From Candidatus Alloenteromonas pullistercoris (lineage in GTDB: Bacteria > Bacillota_I > Bacilli_A > RFN20 > CAG-826), in the NCBI GenBank assembly GCA_017694295.1, contig JADINA010000007.1, positions 5,754-69,753 of the forward strand: a stretch of DNA of 64,000 nucleotides, read 5' to 3'. A model generated the notes under the pieces. It was not told the origin of the DNA. It saw only the letters and a list, made by a program, of their open reading frames with translations, and did not search any database. Shown one piece after another: positions 48,038 through 57,365 of this stretch. Made by a program: the position numbers and the translations under genes. The stretch's first letter is position 1. Each line of letters starts with the position of its first letter.

Positions 48038-49155
48038 AAAATGGCGCCCTGCTGGACGTAAACCGGGCTATTGGGGGTGCCGGTGACCTTGTGGGAGCGC
48101 GTTATGATCGAGTATTTGTCGATGAGGGCGTGGCTCACCACCGCCCCATCGCCGATCATCGAGGAGGAGAAGATTATCGAGTCCTTGACGACCGCGGTCT
48201 TGGCGACCCTGACGTTGCGGGCGACGATCGAGTTGATGACCGTCCCCTCGACGATGGCCCCGTTGGCCACGAAGGAGTTGGAGACGACCGCCTCCTTCCC
48301 ATACATCGCCGGCGGGGTGTCATGGGTGAGGGTGTAAATCGGCCAATCGGAACGGAAGAGCTCAGCGGATTTGCTCCGGTCGAAAAGCTCGAAGGAATAG
48401 TCCATGTAGTGCTTAAACGAATCGATGGAGCGGACGAAGCCGTCGTAGACGTAGACATGAGGCCTGGTCCCGCCTTCCCGCCCCACCGCGTAGATAAGCG
48501 AATCGAGGGAGAGGGTCGGGTTTTTCGGGGCATAGCGGTGGATCATGTCGGCGAGGACGGTCCTATTGACGATGTAGATGCCAAGGCTCACGAGGCTTGA
48601 GCCCTCGATCGTCCCGTCGTTGTCGCGGACGTCCTCGACGTATCCCCCGGCGCCGACGGAGAGGATGCTCTCGGTGAGGAACTCGCTTTTCGGGTCGCGG
48701 CATTTGGTGCCGACGACCGTCACCTTGTCCTTGCGCCTAATATGCTCGGCTAATATCGGCCTCACGTCGATCGAGCCGACGATGTGGGAGGGGGCGATGA
48801 CGATGTAGGAGGCGTCTGAGTCGTAGAGGACCCAGTCGTTCTCCCGGATGTTGTTGATGTCGGTGTTGGTCTCGGGCAGGCGATGGGCCGGCTCGTTGTA
48901 CATGACGATCATCTGCCCGATCTTGGTGTTGTTGACCCAGGCGTCCATCGAGCCTAAGTGCTTCATGACCGAGCGGAGATGGTCTTTGACCAGGATGCCG
49001 ACGGTCTCGATGCCGGCGTTGCAGAAGGCCGAGAGGGGGAAGTCGCAGAAGGCGTAGCGGCCCAAGAAGGAGAAGGTCCCAAGCGGCCGCGAATCGGTGA
49101 GCTGGGGGATCTCGGGGTCGGCGTGGAGGTTGACGATGCCGATGACGTTGTTCAT
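48034..49155 (-). CDS. glgD: Glucose-1-phosphate adenylyltransferase regulatory subunit GlgD
   Basis: ADP-Glc-PPase fold without the conserved catalytic N-terminus, between glgC and glgA as in Bacilli. Confidence 0.8.
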   Translation of the reverse strand: MNNVIGIVNLHADPEIPQLTDSRPLGTFSFLGRYAFCDFPLSAFCNAGIETVGILVKDHLRSVMKHLGSMDAWVNNTKIGQMIVMYNEPAHRLPETNTDINNIRENDWVLYDSDASYIVIAPSHIVGSIDVRPILAEHIRRKDKVTVVGTKCRDPKSEFLTESILSVGAGGYVEDVRDNDGTIEGSSLVSLGIYIVNRTVLADMIHRYAPKNPTLSLDSLIYAVGREGGTRPHVYVYDGFVRSIDSFKHYMDYSFELFDRSKSAELFRSDWPIYTLTHDTPPAMYGKEAVVSNSFVANGAIVEGTVINSIVARNVRVAKTAVVKDSIIFSSSMIGDGAVVSHALIDKYSIITRSHKVTGTPNSPVYVQQGAIL

Positions 49156-50288
49156 TTTATCTCTCCTTTCCCGGTGACGAGGGCGATTTCCTTCCTTTCG
49201 GCGTTAATCACGGTTGACTCGGGGACGACGGCCCCCTCGCCGACGATGGCGTCGAACACCCGCGCCCCCTTCTTTATTGCGGCCCCGTTCATGAGGACGC
49301 AGTTGACGGCCTTGGCCCCGTCTTCGATTAGGACGTCGCTAGAGATCACGCAGTGGTCGGCCTCCCCGCGGATGACGGCCCCTTGGTTGACTAGGCTATC
49401 CTTGACGGTCCCGATCGGGCCGATGTATTGGGGGGTGGCGTGGTTGTCCTCGGTGTAGATTTTGTTCTTCCCTTGGATTAGGAAAAGGTTGACGTTGGGG
49501 TCGCCGGAGAGGAGGAGGTCCATGTTGGCCTGGTGGAGGGAGGAAATGGTCCCGACGTCCTTCCAATAGCCCTTGTAGGTGTAGGCGACGAGCTTCTTGC
49601 CCCGCTCCATGAGCATCGGGATGATGTTCTTGCCGAAGTCGTGGTCGCTTTTCTCGTCCTTGCTATCCTCGACCAAGGCGGCGCGCAATGTTTTGTAGTT
49701 GAAGATGTAGATGCCCATCGAGGCGAGGTTGCTCTTGGGGACCTTGGGCTTCTCCTTGAAGGCGGTGATGACGCCTTCCTCGTCGGTTTCCAATATGCCA
49801 AAGCGGCTCGCCTCCTCCATCGGGACGGGGTAGACGGAGATCGTGCATTCGGCCGATGAGGAGACGTGGCGCTCAAGCATGGCGTCGTAGGTCGTGGCGT
49901 ATATGTGGTCGCCAGAGAGGATGAGGACGTATTCGGGGTCGAGGTTATCGAGCCAATCGATGTTCTGGAAGATGGCGTCGGCCGTCCCCTTATACCAGTT
50001 CGACCCCTCCTCGGTTTCCTTCGGGGTCAAGACGGCGGTAAGGCAGTTGACGCCGTTTAGGCCCCAGTTTTTGCCGTTTCCGACGTAGGTGTTGAGGTCG
50101 CCCGACTCGTATTGGGTCAAGACGGCGACGTGGTTGATGGCCGAATTGGCGCAGTTGGAAAGGGGAAAGTCGATTATCCGGTATTTCCCGCCATAGCTGA
50201 CGGCTGGCTTAGCCGTCTTGCGCGTCAAAGCCTTCAGCCGGGTGCCTTTGCCCCCGGCGAGGATCATCGCGGCGATTTTTATGCCCAT
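49152..50288 (-). CDS. glgC: Glucose-1-phosphate adenylyltransferase
   Basis: AMILAGGKGTRLKALT nucleotide-binding loop, LbH C-terminus. Confidence 0.9.
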   Translation of the reverse strand: MGIKIAAMILAGGKGTRLKALTRKTAKPAVSYGGKYRIIDFPLSNCANSAINHVAVLTQYESGDLNTYVGNGKNWGLNGVNCLTAVLTPKETEEGSNWYKGTADAIFQNIDWLDNLDPEYVLILSGDHIYATTYDAMLERHVSSSAECTISVYPVPMEEASRFGILETDEEGVITAFKEKPKVPKSNLASMGIYIFNYKTLRAALVEDSKDEKSDHDFGKNIIPMLMERGKKLVAYTYKGYWKDVGTISSLHQANMDLLLSGDPNVNLFLIQGKNKIYTEDNHATPQYIGPIGTVKDSLVNQGAVIRGEADHCVISSDVLIEDGAKAVNCVLMNGAAIKKGARVFDAIVGEGAVVPESTVINAERKEIALVTGKGEIK

Positions 50289-50495
50289 ATGCCCTCCTTG
50301 TAATTGTTGTTATGGGGATTTCCAACTCATTATAGGCGCGAGGCGCGCAAGTGGGAAAGGAAATCGTCATTTCGCCCCTTTTGGCCAAGGAAATGCGGGG
50401 AAACAGGGGAAGAACAAGGGGCCTAGAAGCGCACGCGGCAATAAAGTCAAACGCCCCCTTCCCCTTTCCATATTCCTCAATAGGCCAAAAAAACT

Positions 50496-50525
50496 TTGCC
50501 AGGTCGCTTTGGTTTATGCTATATT
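50496..50525 (+). promoter_or_regulatory. rpmB promoter (-35 TTGCCA, 18-nt spacer, extended -10 TGcTATATT)
   Basis: Sequence TTGCCAggtcgctttggtttaTGCTATATT ~35 nt upstream of ATG with GAGAGAGG RBS. Confidence 0.45.
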
Positions 50526-50559
50526 CACCCCTGCGCAATAGCGAGAGAGGTGATTTGAG

Positions 50560-50754
50560 ATGTCAAGATACTGCCCCATAACCGGCAAGGGACCGATGTC
50601 CGGGAACGCCAGGAGCCACTCGGAAAGGGCGACCCGCCGCCGCTGGAACGTCAATCTCCAGAAGTACAAGATCAACATCAACGGCCAAATCGTCGAGGTC
50701 AGGATGTCCGCCAGGGCCTTCCGCACCCTCAACAAGACCGTGAAGGGCAAATAA
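50560..50754 (+). CDS. rpmB: 50S ribosomal protein L28
   Basis: MSRYCPITGKGPMSGNARSHS...NLQKYKI...; 64 aa. Confidence 0.9.
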   Translation: MSRYCPITGKGPMSGNARSHSERATRRRWNVNLQKYKININGQIVEVRMSARAFRTLNKTVKGK

Positions 50755-50764
50755 GCCCCAAAGC

Positions 50765-50795
50765 AAAAAACTCCCCGGCGACGGGGATTTTTTTA
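50765..50795. terminator. Bidirectional terminator between rpmB and the minus-strand membrane-protein gene
   Basis: AAAAAA CTCCCCG-gcga-CGGGGAT TTTTTTA. Confidence 0.6.
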
Positions 50796-50803
50796 TATCC
50801 TTC

Positions 50804-51493
50804 TTAGTAGGTGAGCAGAAACGAGCCGATCGCGATGAGGGCGAAAGAGATGACCCCAGCGTAAAGCCCAAGCCACTCGCTGAAGGCCAAGACGAAAGGC
50901 CGAGGGCGGCAGGTTGAGATCGCCCCATCCTCATCCATGTAGGAGCTTAGCTCCGTCCAGCGGGAAAGCTTCGGGTTGAACAAAAGCGCGACTAAGAACA
51001 GGGCGAGGACAAAAAGCGCGATGGCGATGACCATGACCCAGATTGAGCCGGCAGAGGCCGAATAGGCGTTAAGCAAGACGATCCCCCCCACCGCGTCGAC
51101 CATGATCGAGGAGAAGAAGAAGACGACCGTGGAAAGCAGATGCGGCCCGAAATGGTAAGTCGGGATAAGCGACATCGAGATGGCGCTCGCGGATGAAAGG
51201 AAGGCGAGCACCCCAAGGAAGATGATTAGCCCCATGAAGGAGGAGAAGCCGCTTTCGAAAAGCAAGGAGAAGGAGCCGAAAACCCCGCCGACGAAATACA
51301 AAGAAAGGAACGTCCGCGAGGCGATCCCCAGCGTCGTCCCGGCGTCCCCGTATTCGAAGATGAAGCCGGAAAGGTAATCGTATTTCTTTTTCCTTTCCCG
51401 GCAATCGAGGGCCCCAAGGAGCATAAAGAAGGCAAAGCCGACGGCCATGACGGACAAACTGGCGATTAAGATGCTGATGGAATCCATATTCAA
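50804..51493 (-). CDS. Membrane protein, unknown function
   Basis: 229 aa, 6 hydrophobic helices; co-directional with and overlapping rpe by 4 nt. Confidence 0.5.
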   Translation of the reverse strand: MNMDSISILIASLSVMAVGFAFFMLLGALDCRERKKKYDYLSGFIFEYGDAGTTLGIASRTFLSLYFVGGVFGSFSLLFESGFSSFMGLIIFLGVLAFLSSASAISMSLIPTYHFGPHLLSTVVFFFSSIMVDAVGGIVLLNAYSASAGSIWVMVIAIALFVLALFLVALLFNPKLSRWTELSSYMDEDGAISTCRPRPFVLAFSEWLGLYAGVISFALIAIGSFLLTY

Positions 51494-52137
51494 TCCCCCA
51501 AAAGGGCCTTGATGCGCTCGCGGAAGTCGGGATGGCCGTAAATGTAACTTCCGGCGACCAAGACGTCGGCCCCGCTTTCACGGGCCAAGGCGCCGGTGAG
51601 GCCGTTTATCCCGCCGTCGACCGAAAGCAGGCAAGAATATCCTCCCGCATCGATCGCCTCCCTTAAAGCGCCGATTTTGCCGGTTGAGGAGGGGATGTAC
51701 CCCTGCCCCCCTTTCCCGGGCTCAACCGACATGACCAAAGCCAAGTCGATGTCGCCTAAATAGGGGAAAAGGGCGCTAGCTGGGGTATCGGGCTTAATCG
51801 AGATCCCAACCTTTACCCCTTTAGATCTGATATAGGCTATATCGCCCCTTACGTCATTAGAAGCCTCGAGGTGGAAGGTGAGGCAATCGCTATAGGGGGC
51901 GTAGACATCGACGTAGAATTTGATGTCGCGGACCATTATGTGGGTGTCGCGGAAAACCCTTAGATCCGAAATTAATGGCAGATATTCGATAAGGGAAGTC
52001 GAGTTTTGCACGAATTTCCCGTCCATGATGTCGAGGTGGATGAACTTGGCCCCGGCCTCGACGACCTTCTCTACCTCGCCGCGGAAATCCGATTTGTCGC
52101 AGCTAAGGACGCTTGGGGCGACGATGACCTTCCTCAT
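51490..52137 (-). CDS. rpe: Ribulose-phosphate 3-epimerase
   Basis: MRKVIVAPSVLSCDKSDF...HLDIMDG...; 215 aa. Confidence 0.9.
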   Translation of the reverse strand: MRKVIVAPSVLSCDKSDFRGEVEKVVEAGAKFIHLDIMDGKFVQNSTSLIEYLPLISDLRVFRDTHIMVRDIKFYVDVYAPYSDCLTFHLEASNDVRGDIAYIRSKGVKVGISIKPDTPASALFPYLGDIDLALVMSVEPGKGGQGYIPSSTGKIGALREAIDAGGYSCLLSVDGGINGLTGALARESGADVLVAGSYIYGHPDFRERIKALLGD

Positions 52138-53009
52138 TTGAAGCCGAAGATCCGCGAAAGCAGACCTTTCCTTTCCCCTTTCCAGGATTCCTTCTCCTTC
52201 ATGGCCTCGAGGATGGCCTCGTGCATGGAGGAGGAGGTGAGGTAACGCTCCTCAGGCCTTTTCCGGCACGCCGTGATGACGATCCGCTCAATCGATTTGG
52301 GCAAGGAGGGCACGAGCTTGCTTGGCTCGGGGAAGCGCTTCTTTATTTGCTTAAGCGCCACTTCCTCAAGGCTATTGCCCTCAAAGGGCAATTGGCCGGT
52401 GAGGCACTCATAGAATACGACCCCCATGGAGTAGACGTCATTGGCGATTGAGGCCGGGGCCCCGGTGAGGACCTCGGGGGCGCAATAGTAGATGGTCCCC
52501 TGGATCGAATCCCCGCTGGAGGAATAGCCGATCGGGGCGGCGATGCCGAAATCGGTTATCTTGATGGTGCCGTCGCTTAGGTAAAAGAGGTTGTCGGGCT
52601 TTATGTCGCGATGGATTATCCCGTGCCGGTGGATATAGTCGATCCCCGAGGTGAGCTGGAGCATGACATCGCAGCAGTCGGTGAGGGAAAGGGAAAGGGA
52701 GAAACTCAGCTTATCGCGAAGCGTCTGCCCCTTTATGTACTCATTGGCCATATAGGGCCGCCCATCGACCATCCCCCTTCCGTAAACTTTGACGATGTTG
52801 GGGTGGTTTAAAGAGGCCGCGGCCGCGGTTTCGTTGTTAAAACGGGCCAAATTGGCCGGGTTTTTGAGCAGCTCCTCCTTCATGACCTTGATTGAGACGA
52901 TCCGGCGGCTCACCAAATCGTTGGCTTCGTAGATGTCGGCCATGCCGCCGGAGGCGATCCGGGAGACGATCCGATAACGGGAATCGATGCGGTCGCCGAT
53001 CTTGATCAT
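52134..53009 (-). CDS. Hanks-type Ser/Thr protein kinase, kinase domain only (no TM/PASTA)
   Basis: Subdomain motifs VAIKVMK-like VSIKVMK, HRDIKPDN, DFGIA, APE; 291 aa. Confidence 0.85.
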   Translation of the reverse strand: MIKIGDRIDSRYRIVSRIASGGMADIYEANDLVSRRIVSIKVMKEELLKNPANLARFNNETAAAASLNHPNIVKVYGRGMVDGRPYMANEYIKGQTLRDKLSFSLSLSLTDCCDVMLQLTSGIDYIHRHGIIHRDIKPDNLFYLSDGTIKITDFGIAAPIGYSSSGDSIQGTIYYCAPEVLTGAPASIANDVYSMGVVFYECLTGQLPFEGNSLEEVALKQIKKRFPEPSKLVPSLPKSIERIVITACRKRPEERYLTSSSMHEAILEAMKEKESWKGERKGLLSRIFGFK

Positions 53010-53752
53010 GATCCGTAGGCCTCGAAATAGGCGACGGCGATGTTGTCCGACCCGCCGGAGGCGTTGGCCTCCTCGATGAGGGAGGCGACCTTCTCGTCAG
53101 GGCGCTCCTCGCCTAGGAGGATGGCGCGCATCTCCTCGATCTCCAAATTGTTGTAAAGCCCGTCGGAGCAAAGCAGCACCTTCTCCCCCTGGTAACGGTA
53201 TACGCGGATGTCGGAGGAGGAGGAAGGGTAGATGCCGAGGGCGTTAAGCAGGACGTGGCGGTCGGGCCGCTTGGCGGTTTCGTCCTTGCTTATCTTCCCG
53301 GTCCGGTAAAGATAATCGACGTAGGTTTGGTCTTGGGTTAGCTGGGAAAGCTCGCCGTCATGGAGCCAATAGGCCCGCGAATCCCCGACGTTGCAGACGT
53401 ATAGGCGCGATTTGGAGATGAGGGCGAGACAGCAGGTCGTGCCCATGTCCTTGTAGGTTGGGTTGGCGCTCCCCTGCTCATAGATGAGCTTATTGGCCTT
53501 CTTGACGGAACGCGATATCCAAAATGGCAAAAGGAAGGCGGGGACGCCCCGCTTGGACAAAAAGCTCTCGACTAGATAGTCGCGGGCGAGCTTGGAGGCG
53601 CAATCGCCCTTGTTTTGCCCGCCCATGCCGTCGCAAATAAGCAAAAACACCTCGCCTTCGGAATTGGTGAGGGCGGCCGCCTGGTCCTCGTTGGATATGC
53701 GGACCTTGCCGACGTCGGTAAGCGAGGCGAAGGCCCCTTTGTAGCTTTTCAT
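53006..53752 (-). CDS. PP2C-family Ser/Thr phosphatase (Stp/PrpC-like)
   Basis: DGMGG, metal-binding Asp motifs, 248 aa; 4-nt overlap with the kinase gene. Confidence 0.85.
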   Translation of the reverse strand: MKSYKGAFASLTDVGKVRISNEDQAAALTNSEGEVFLLICDGMGGQNKGDCASKLARDYLVESFLSKRGVPAFLLPFWISRSVKKANKLIYEQGSANPTYKDMGTTCCLALISKSRLYVCNVGDSRAYWLHDGELSQLTQDQTYVDYLYRTGKISKDETAKRPDRHVLLNALGIYPSSSSDIRVYRYQGEKVLLCSDGLYNNLEIEEMRAILLGEERPDEKVASLIEEANASGGSDNIAVAYFEAYGS

Positions 53753-54792
53753 CCACCATTGCCCCTTTCGACTTTGACCCGGAGCTGCCCGCAGGCGGCG
53801 TCGATCCCGCCGCCGAATTCCTTCCTGACGGTGGCGTTTATCCCTTTTCTTAGCAGGCGGTCATGGAATTGCTTGACCCGCTTGCTCCGCCTAAAGGGCA
53901 TCTCCTTGACCTCATTATATGGTATTAGGTTGACGTAGGCGAATAGGCCATTGTCCCGGATGAGCGAGGAAAGCTCGTCGGCGCATTCGTCGGAGTCGTT
54001 TAGCCCGTCGAGGAGGATGTATTCGAAGGTGACCCGCCTCCCGGAGGAGGAAAGGTAGTCTTTTATCGCGTCGATGAGTTTGTCGAGGGGGAAGGCGCGC
54101 GATATCGGCATTATCCTATTCCTTATCGCGTCGTTTGGGGCGTGGAGGGAGATGGCGAGGTTGGTTTGCAGCCCCTCCTTCCCATAACGCCTTATCCCAT
54201 CTGGCAACCCGCAGGTGGAGACGGTGATGTGGCGGGCCCCGATGGCAAGCCCCTCCTGGGCGTTGGCGATCCTTATGAAATCCATCACGGCCTCGTAGTT
54301 ATCAAAAGGCTCGCCCGTCCCCATGACGTTGATGTGGGTGGCACGCAGCCCATAGGGGGATAAAACCTGGTTCATGACGAGCAGCTCGCCCACCATCTCA
54401 GAGGCACTTAGGCCCCGCTTCTTCTTCAATAGCCCGGAGGCGCAGAAGGCGCAGCCCATCGAGCAGCCGACCTCGGAGGAGACGCAGATCGGGGAGCCGT
54501 AGTCATAAGGCATCATGACCTCCTCGACCTTCGATCCGTCATCCATCTGTAGAAGTAGCTTGATGGTCCCATCGTTCCCCTCCTGCTTGGCGAAAACGGT
54601 GGGGAGGGCAAGGCAAAAATCGCGCTTAAGCTCCTCGCGGAAGGCCTTCGAGACGTCGGTCATGGCGTCGAAGGAAAGGATGCCGCGCTGATAAATCCAA
54701 TTGAATACCTGCTTGGCGCGATATTGGCTTTGGCCCCTTTTGAGGAATTCCTCCCTCATCCTCTCCAGGGTGAAGCCGAGGAGGTTCTCCAC
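53749..54792 (-). CDS. rlmN: 23S rRNA m2A2503 / tRNA m2A37 radical-SAM methyltransferase RlmN
   Basis: CxxxCxxC cluster motif (GCSMGCAFCASG), C-terminal Cys (ACGQL). Confidence 0.9.
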   Translation of the reverse strand: MENLLGFTLERMREEFLKRGQSQYRAKQVFNWIYQRGILSFDAMTDVSKAFREELKRDFCLALPTVFAKQEGNDGTIKLLLQMDDGSKVEEVMMPYDYGSPICVSSEVGCSMGCAFCASGLLKKKRGLSASEMVGELLVMNQVLSPYGLRATHINVMGTGEPFDNYEAVMDFIRIANAQEGLAIGARHITVSTCGLPDGIRRYGKEGLQTNLAISLHAPNDAIRNRIMPISRAFPLDKLIDAIKDYLSSSGRRVTFEYILLDGLNDSDECADELSSLIRDNGLFAYVNLIPYNEVKEMPFRRSKRVKQFHDRLLRKGINATVRKEFGGGIDAACGQLRVKVERGNGG

Positions 54793-54807
54793 AGGAAGAG
54801 GCTCCTT

Positions 54808-56133
54808 TTATTGCTTGGCGCTCGCCAAATGGGCCTCGGGGGCCTGCATGGCCCCAAGCTCGGAGACCGGAACCTCAATGGTGGCGAGTTTGTTGCCTTT
54901 TTTGAGTTTGGCGAAATAGAAGGCGGTCCCAAGCTCCTCGAAGGGGAAGCACTGCTTCTCCTGCTCCAAGGTGAACTCGGGATGCTTTTTGAGGAATTCG
55001 GCGACGTTTTGCGCGCCTTCCTTCTTCGAGATGGTCAAAACGCCATATAGCAGCATCCCGCCGTCTTCGACGTATTCGGCGCAGGAATCAAGCGATTCCG
55101 CCTGCTCCTTGAGCCGCGCGTCCATCGCCTCCTTGTCGAAATGGAGGAAGAAATCCGGGGTCGTGGCGATGGAATCGAAGCCGGTGGAGGAGGGAAGGCA
55201 GATGACGAGGTCGCATTTGGAGGAGACGTTGGCCTCAAGCGAAACCTTGTCGTTGTAGTCGAATACCTTGAAATTGCGCAGATTCAGGTTCGAGATAAGC
55301 CGGTTGCATTCAAGCAGCTTCTCGGCTTTTGGGGTGGCGATGTAGCAGGAAACCTCGTTTCCGTATTCGGCGACGAGCTCGCAATCGGCCCCGCCGTTGC
55401 TCTCGCCTAAATATGCCAAGACGGTGCAGGGGGCGGAAACCTTGTTGTCGCTAAGCAACTGCTTGACGGCCGGGCGGACGTCGAATAGCTTCCTGTCGCG
55501 ATATTGGGGGAGGCGGCGGATGGCCTGCTTCCCGAGATAGGAATAGACGTCTTTGACCGGGGTTGGGAGGAAGTCGGGGGATTGGCGGAGCTCATCGAGC
55601 TCGGGGAGATCGCGGAAGCGGACGTATTGGACATAGGGCCGGATGAGCCGCTTGGCGGTCTTGAACATGTTCGAATACCCGTAATGGTGCATTATCTTGA
55701 GGGCGAAGACCGGGATGTTGTAGCGAAGCGATAGGTATTCAAGCTTCGAATGGTCGACGTCGGCGGGTATGTATTCCTCACTATGCCCCGCCTTCGCGGA
55801 AAGCTCGTCGTAGAAGGCGTGGTTGGCCGGATCGATGGCCTTTTTGACCTCCGAATCGAACTCGGAGCGGTCGAAATGGCGGAAATAGTAGGCATTGGCC
55901 AATCCCAAGCACATCGCCCGCTTCTCCGAGGCGGGGAGCTCAGGCAAAGGCGAAAGCAATTTGGTGAAAAGGAGGTCATGGCGCAAGGCACAGCCGACCA
56001 GCCCGGCGACCTCGCGCCGATAGGGCCTGATGTCGGGGTCTTTCTGGAACATGTCCTTGAGGGCGTCGGCGAAATAGACGTTTTCGCCCTCGATCCTCTC
56101 AAGGATCTGCATCGACAGTTCGAATTCCTTCAT
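54808..56133 (-). CDS. RsmB/Sun-family-like protein with NusB-like N-domain; catalytic cysteines not conserved
   Basis: Position (upstream of rlmN) and C-terminus (GTAFYFAKLKK) match RsmB. Motif IV reads CLPSSTG (not DAPCSGTG) and motif VI reads GVLTISKKE (not ATCSxxPEENE). Motif I is degenerate (GESNGGAD). Confidence 0.7.
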   Translation of the reverse strand: MKEFELSMQILERIEGENVYFADALKDMFQKDPDIRPYRREVAGLVGCALRHDLLFTKLLSPLPELPASEKRAMCLGLANAYYFRHFDRSEFDSEVKKAIDPANHAFYDELSAKAGHSEEYIPADVDHSKLEYLSLRYNIPVFALKIMHHYGYSNMFKTAKRLIRPYVQYVRFRDLPELDELRQSPDFLPTPVKDVYSYLGKQAIRRLPQYRDRKLFDVRPAVKQLLSDNKVSAPCTVLAYLGESNGGADCELVAEYGNEVSCYIATPKAEKLLECNRLISNLNLRNFKVFDYNDKVSLEANVSSKCDLVICLPSSTGFDSIATTPDFFLHFDKEAMDARLKEQAESLDSCAEYVEDGGMLLYGVLTISKKEGAQNVAEFLKKHPEFTLEQEKQCFPFEELGTAFYFAKLKKGNKLATIEVPVSELGAMQAPEAHLASAKQ

Positions 56134-56151
56134 GGTGAATCCTCCTCGGGC

Positions 56152-56745
56152 TTACTTGCCCTCTTTCTTCTTCAGCGCTTCCTCGAAGCCCTCGAAGGCG
56201 TTGCCGAGGAATATCTGATTTGGGTCATTGGGGTCGAGATCGGCCCGATCGGCTGGGTTGGGGGCGTCGTTGTCCTCGACCTCTTCCGCATCCTCGCCTT
56301 CGCCCTCCTCCTCGCCATAGGTGAAGGAGACGTCGGCTTCCTTGATGTTGTCCCCGCTTAGGTAGCGCGGGTATTGGGGGTTGATCCGCTCGTAATGGGA
56401 CCCGGGCTCGTAATACTCGAACTCGACTACGACGTGGATCGAGAAAAGGGAGAGGGTGTCCATTATGTAATCGGCGACCGCCTCTTCCCGGGCTTTTTCG
56501 GTGTTCGGGGCTTTGACGACCACGATCGTGTTCCAGCTTGTCTGCTCCGCCCCGGAATGGAAGACCATGGAGTTCGGGGCGTAGAAATTGACCGCGTCCT
56601 CGGGGACGCCGTAAAGCCCGGCGATCTTCGGGGTGTGGTCCTTCGAATAGTGGCCGACCACGAATTGGTCGAGGCCGAGGATGGAGATGGTGATCATCGA
56701 TATTGCCTTTCCGGAAAACAAATATACACCATTTGCCTTAGGCAA
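56152..56745 (-). CDS. Hypothetical protein with Asp/Glu-rich C-terminal tail
   Basis: 197-aa ORF; probable true start at internal M (MITISILGLDQ); no motif recognised. Confidence 0.4.
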   Translation of the reverse strand: MPKANGVYLFSGKAISMITISILGLDQFVVGHYSKDHTPKIAGLYGVPEDAVNFYAPNSMVFHSGAEQTSWNTIVVVKAPNTEKAREEAVADYIMDTLSLFSIHVVVEFEYYEPGSHYERINPQYPRYLSGDNIKEADVSFTYGEEEGEGEDAEEVEDNDAPNPADRADLDPNDPNQIFLGNAFEGFEEALKKKEGK

Positions 56746-56815
56746 GGCGAATAAAAATGCGATGGGGAACCATTTTATGGCCTATGCGCCCAGCAAAAGC
56801 GGGTTTTGAGGCGGA

Positions 56816-57283
56816 TTATGATATGGTTTGGAGGGATTCGGGCATATAGCCGAGGTTGTAATCGAGGGCGAAAGTTTCGCCAAAGCGGGCGTTTTCGCCC
56901 TCTTCCGAGGCGAAGCAGGCGTCGGTTTTGACTTCTAGCCGGAAGCTGAATGGATCGAAGCCGACCGCAATGGAAGGGTCAAGCTCATAAAGGGCATAGC
57001 AATCGAAGGCGAAACTCGCCTTCTCCGGGGAGTGGAGGAACTCTATGTTCCAGGAAAAGCCGTCGTTCCCCCGGGTCATCTGCGAAGAGAAGACCGGGTC
57101 CAAGGTATAGCAATACCCGTCTGGATAGCCGTGGCAGTAGGTCTTCTGAAACGAACTCGGCCCCCGATCAAGCCGCGTGACGCCCGGGGTCCGATAGCCG
57201 TTTAAGGGATCCATGGCATCCGGCATATAGGATTGGATGGCAAACCAGGAAAGCCCGTAATCACCATAACCATCCTCGGACAA
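56816..57283 (-). CDS. Hypothetical protein (155 aa)
   Basis: ORF immediately downstream of the GH81 terminator; Tyr/Asp/Gly-rich, no motif recognised. Confidence 0.35.
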   Translation of the reverse strand: MSEDGYGDYGLSWFAIQSYMPDAMDPLNGYRTPGVTRLDRGPSSFQKTYCHGYPDGYCYTLDPVFSSQMTRGNDGFSWNIEFLHSPEKASFAFDCYALYELDPSIAVGFDPFSFRLEVKTDACFASEEGENARFGETFALDYNLGYMPESLQTIS

Positions 57284-57310
57284 AGAGAGGGCCGCCCTGG
57301 GGGCGATTTG

Positions 57311-57345
57311 TCAAAAAAAGCAAAAGGCCTTCCAAAAGGAAGGCC
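57311..57345 (-). terminator. Rho-independent terminator of the GH81 gene
   Basis: Minus strand GGCCTTCC-tttt-GGAAGGCC followed by TTTTGCTTTTTTT. Confidence 0.6.
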
Positions 57346-57365
57346 GAGTTGGGGGTTTACATCAA

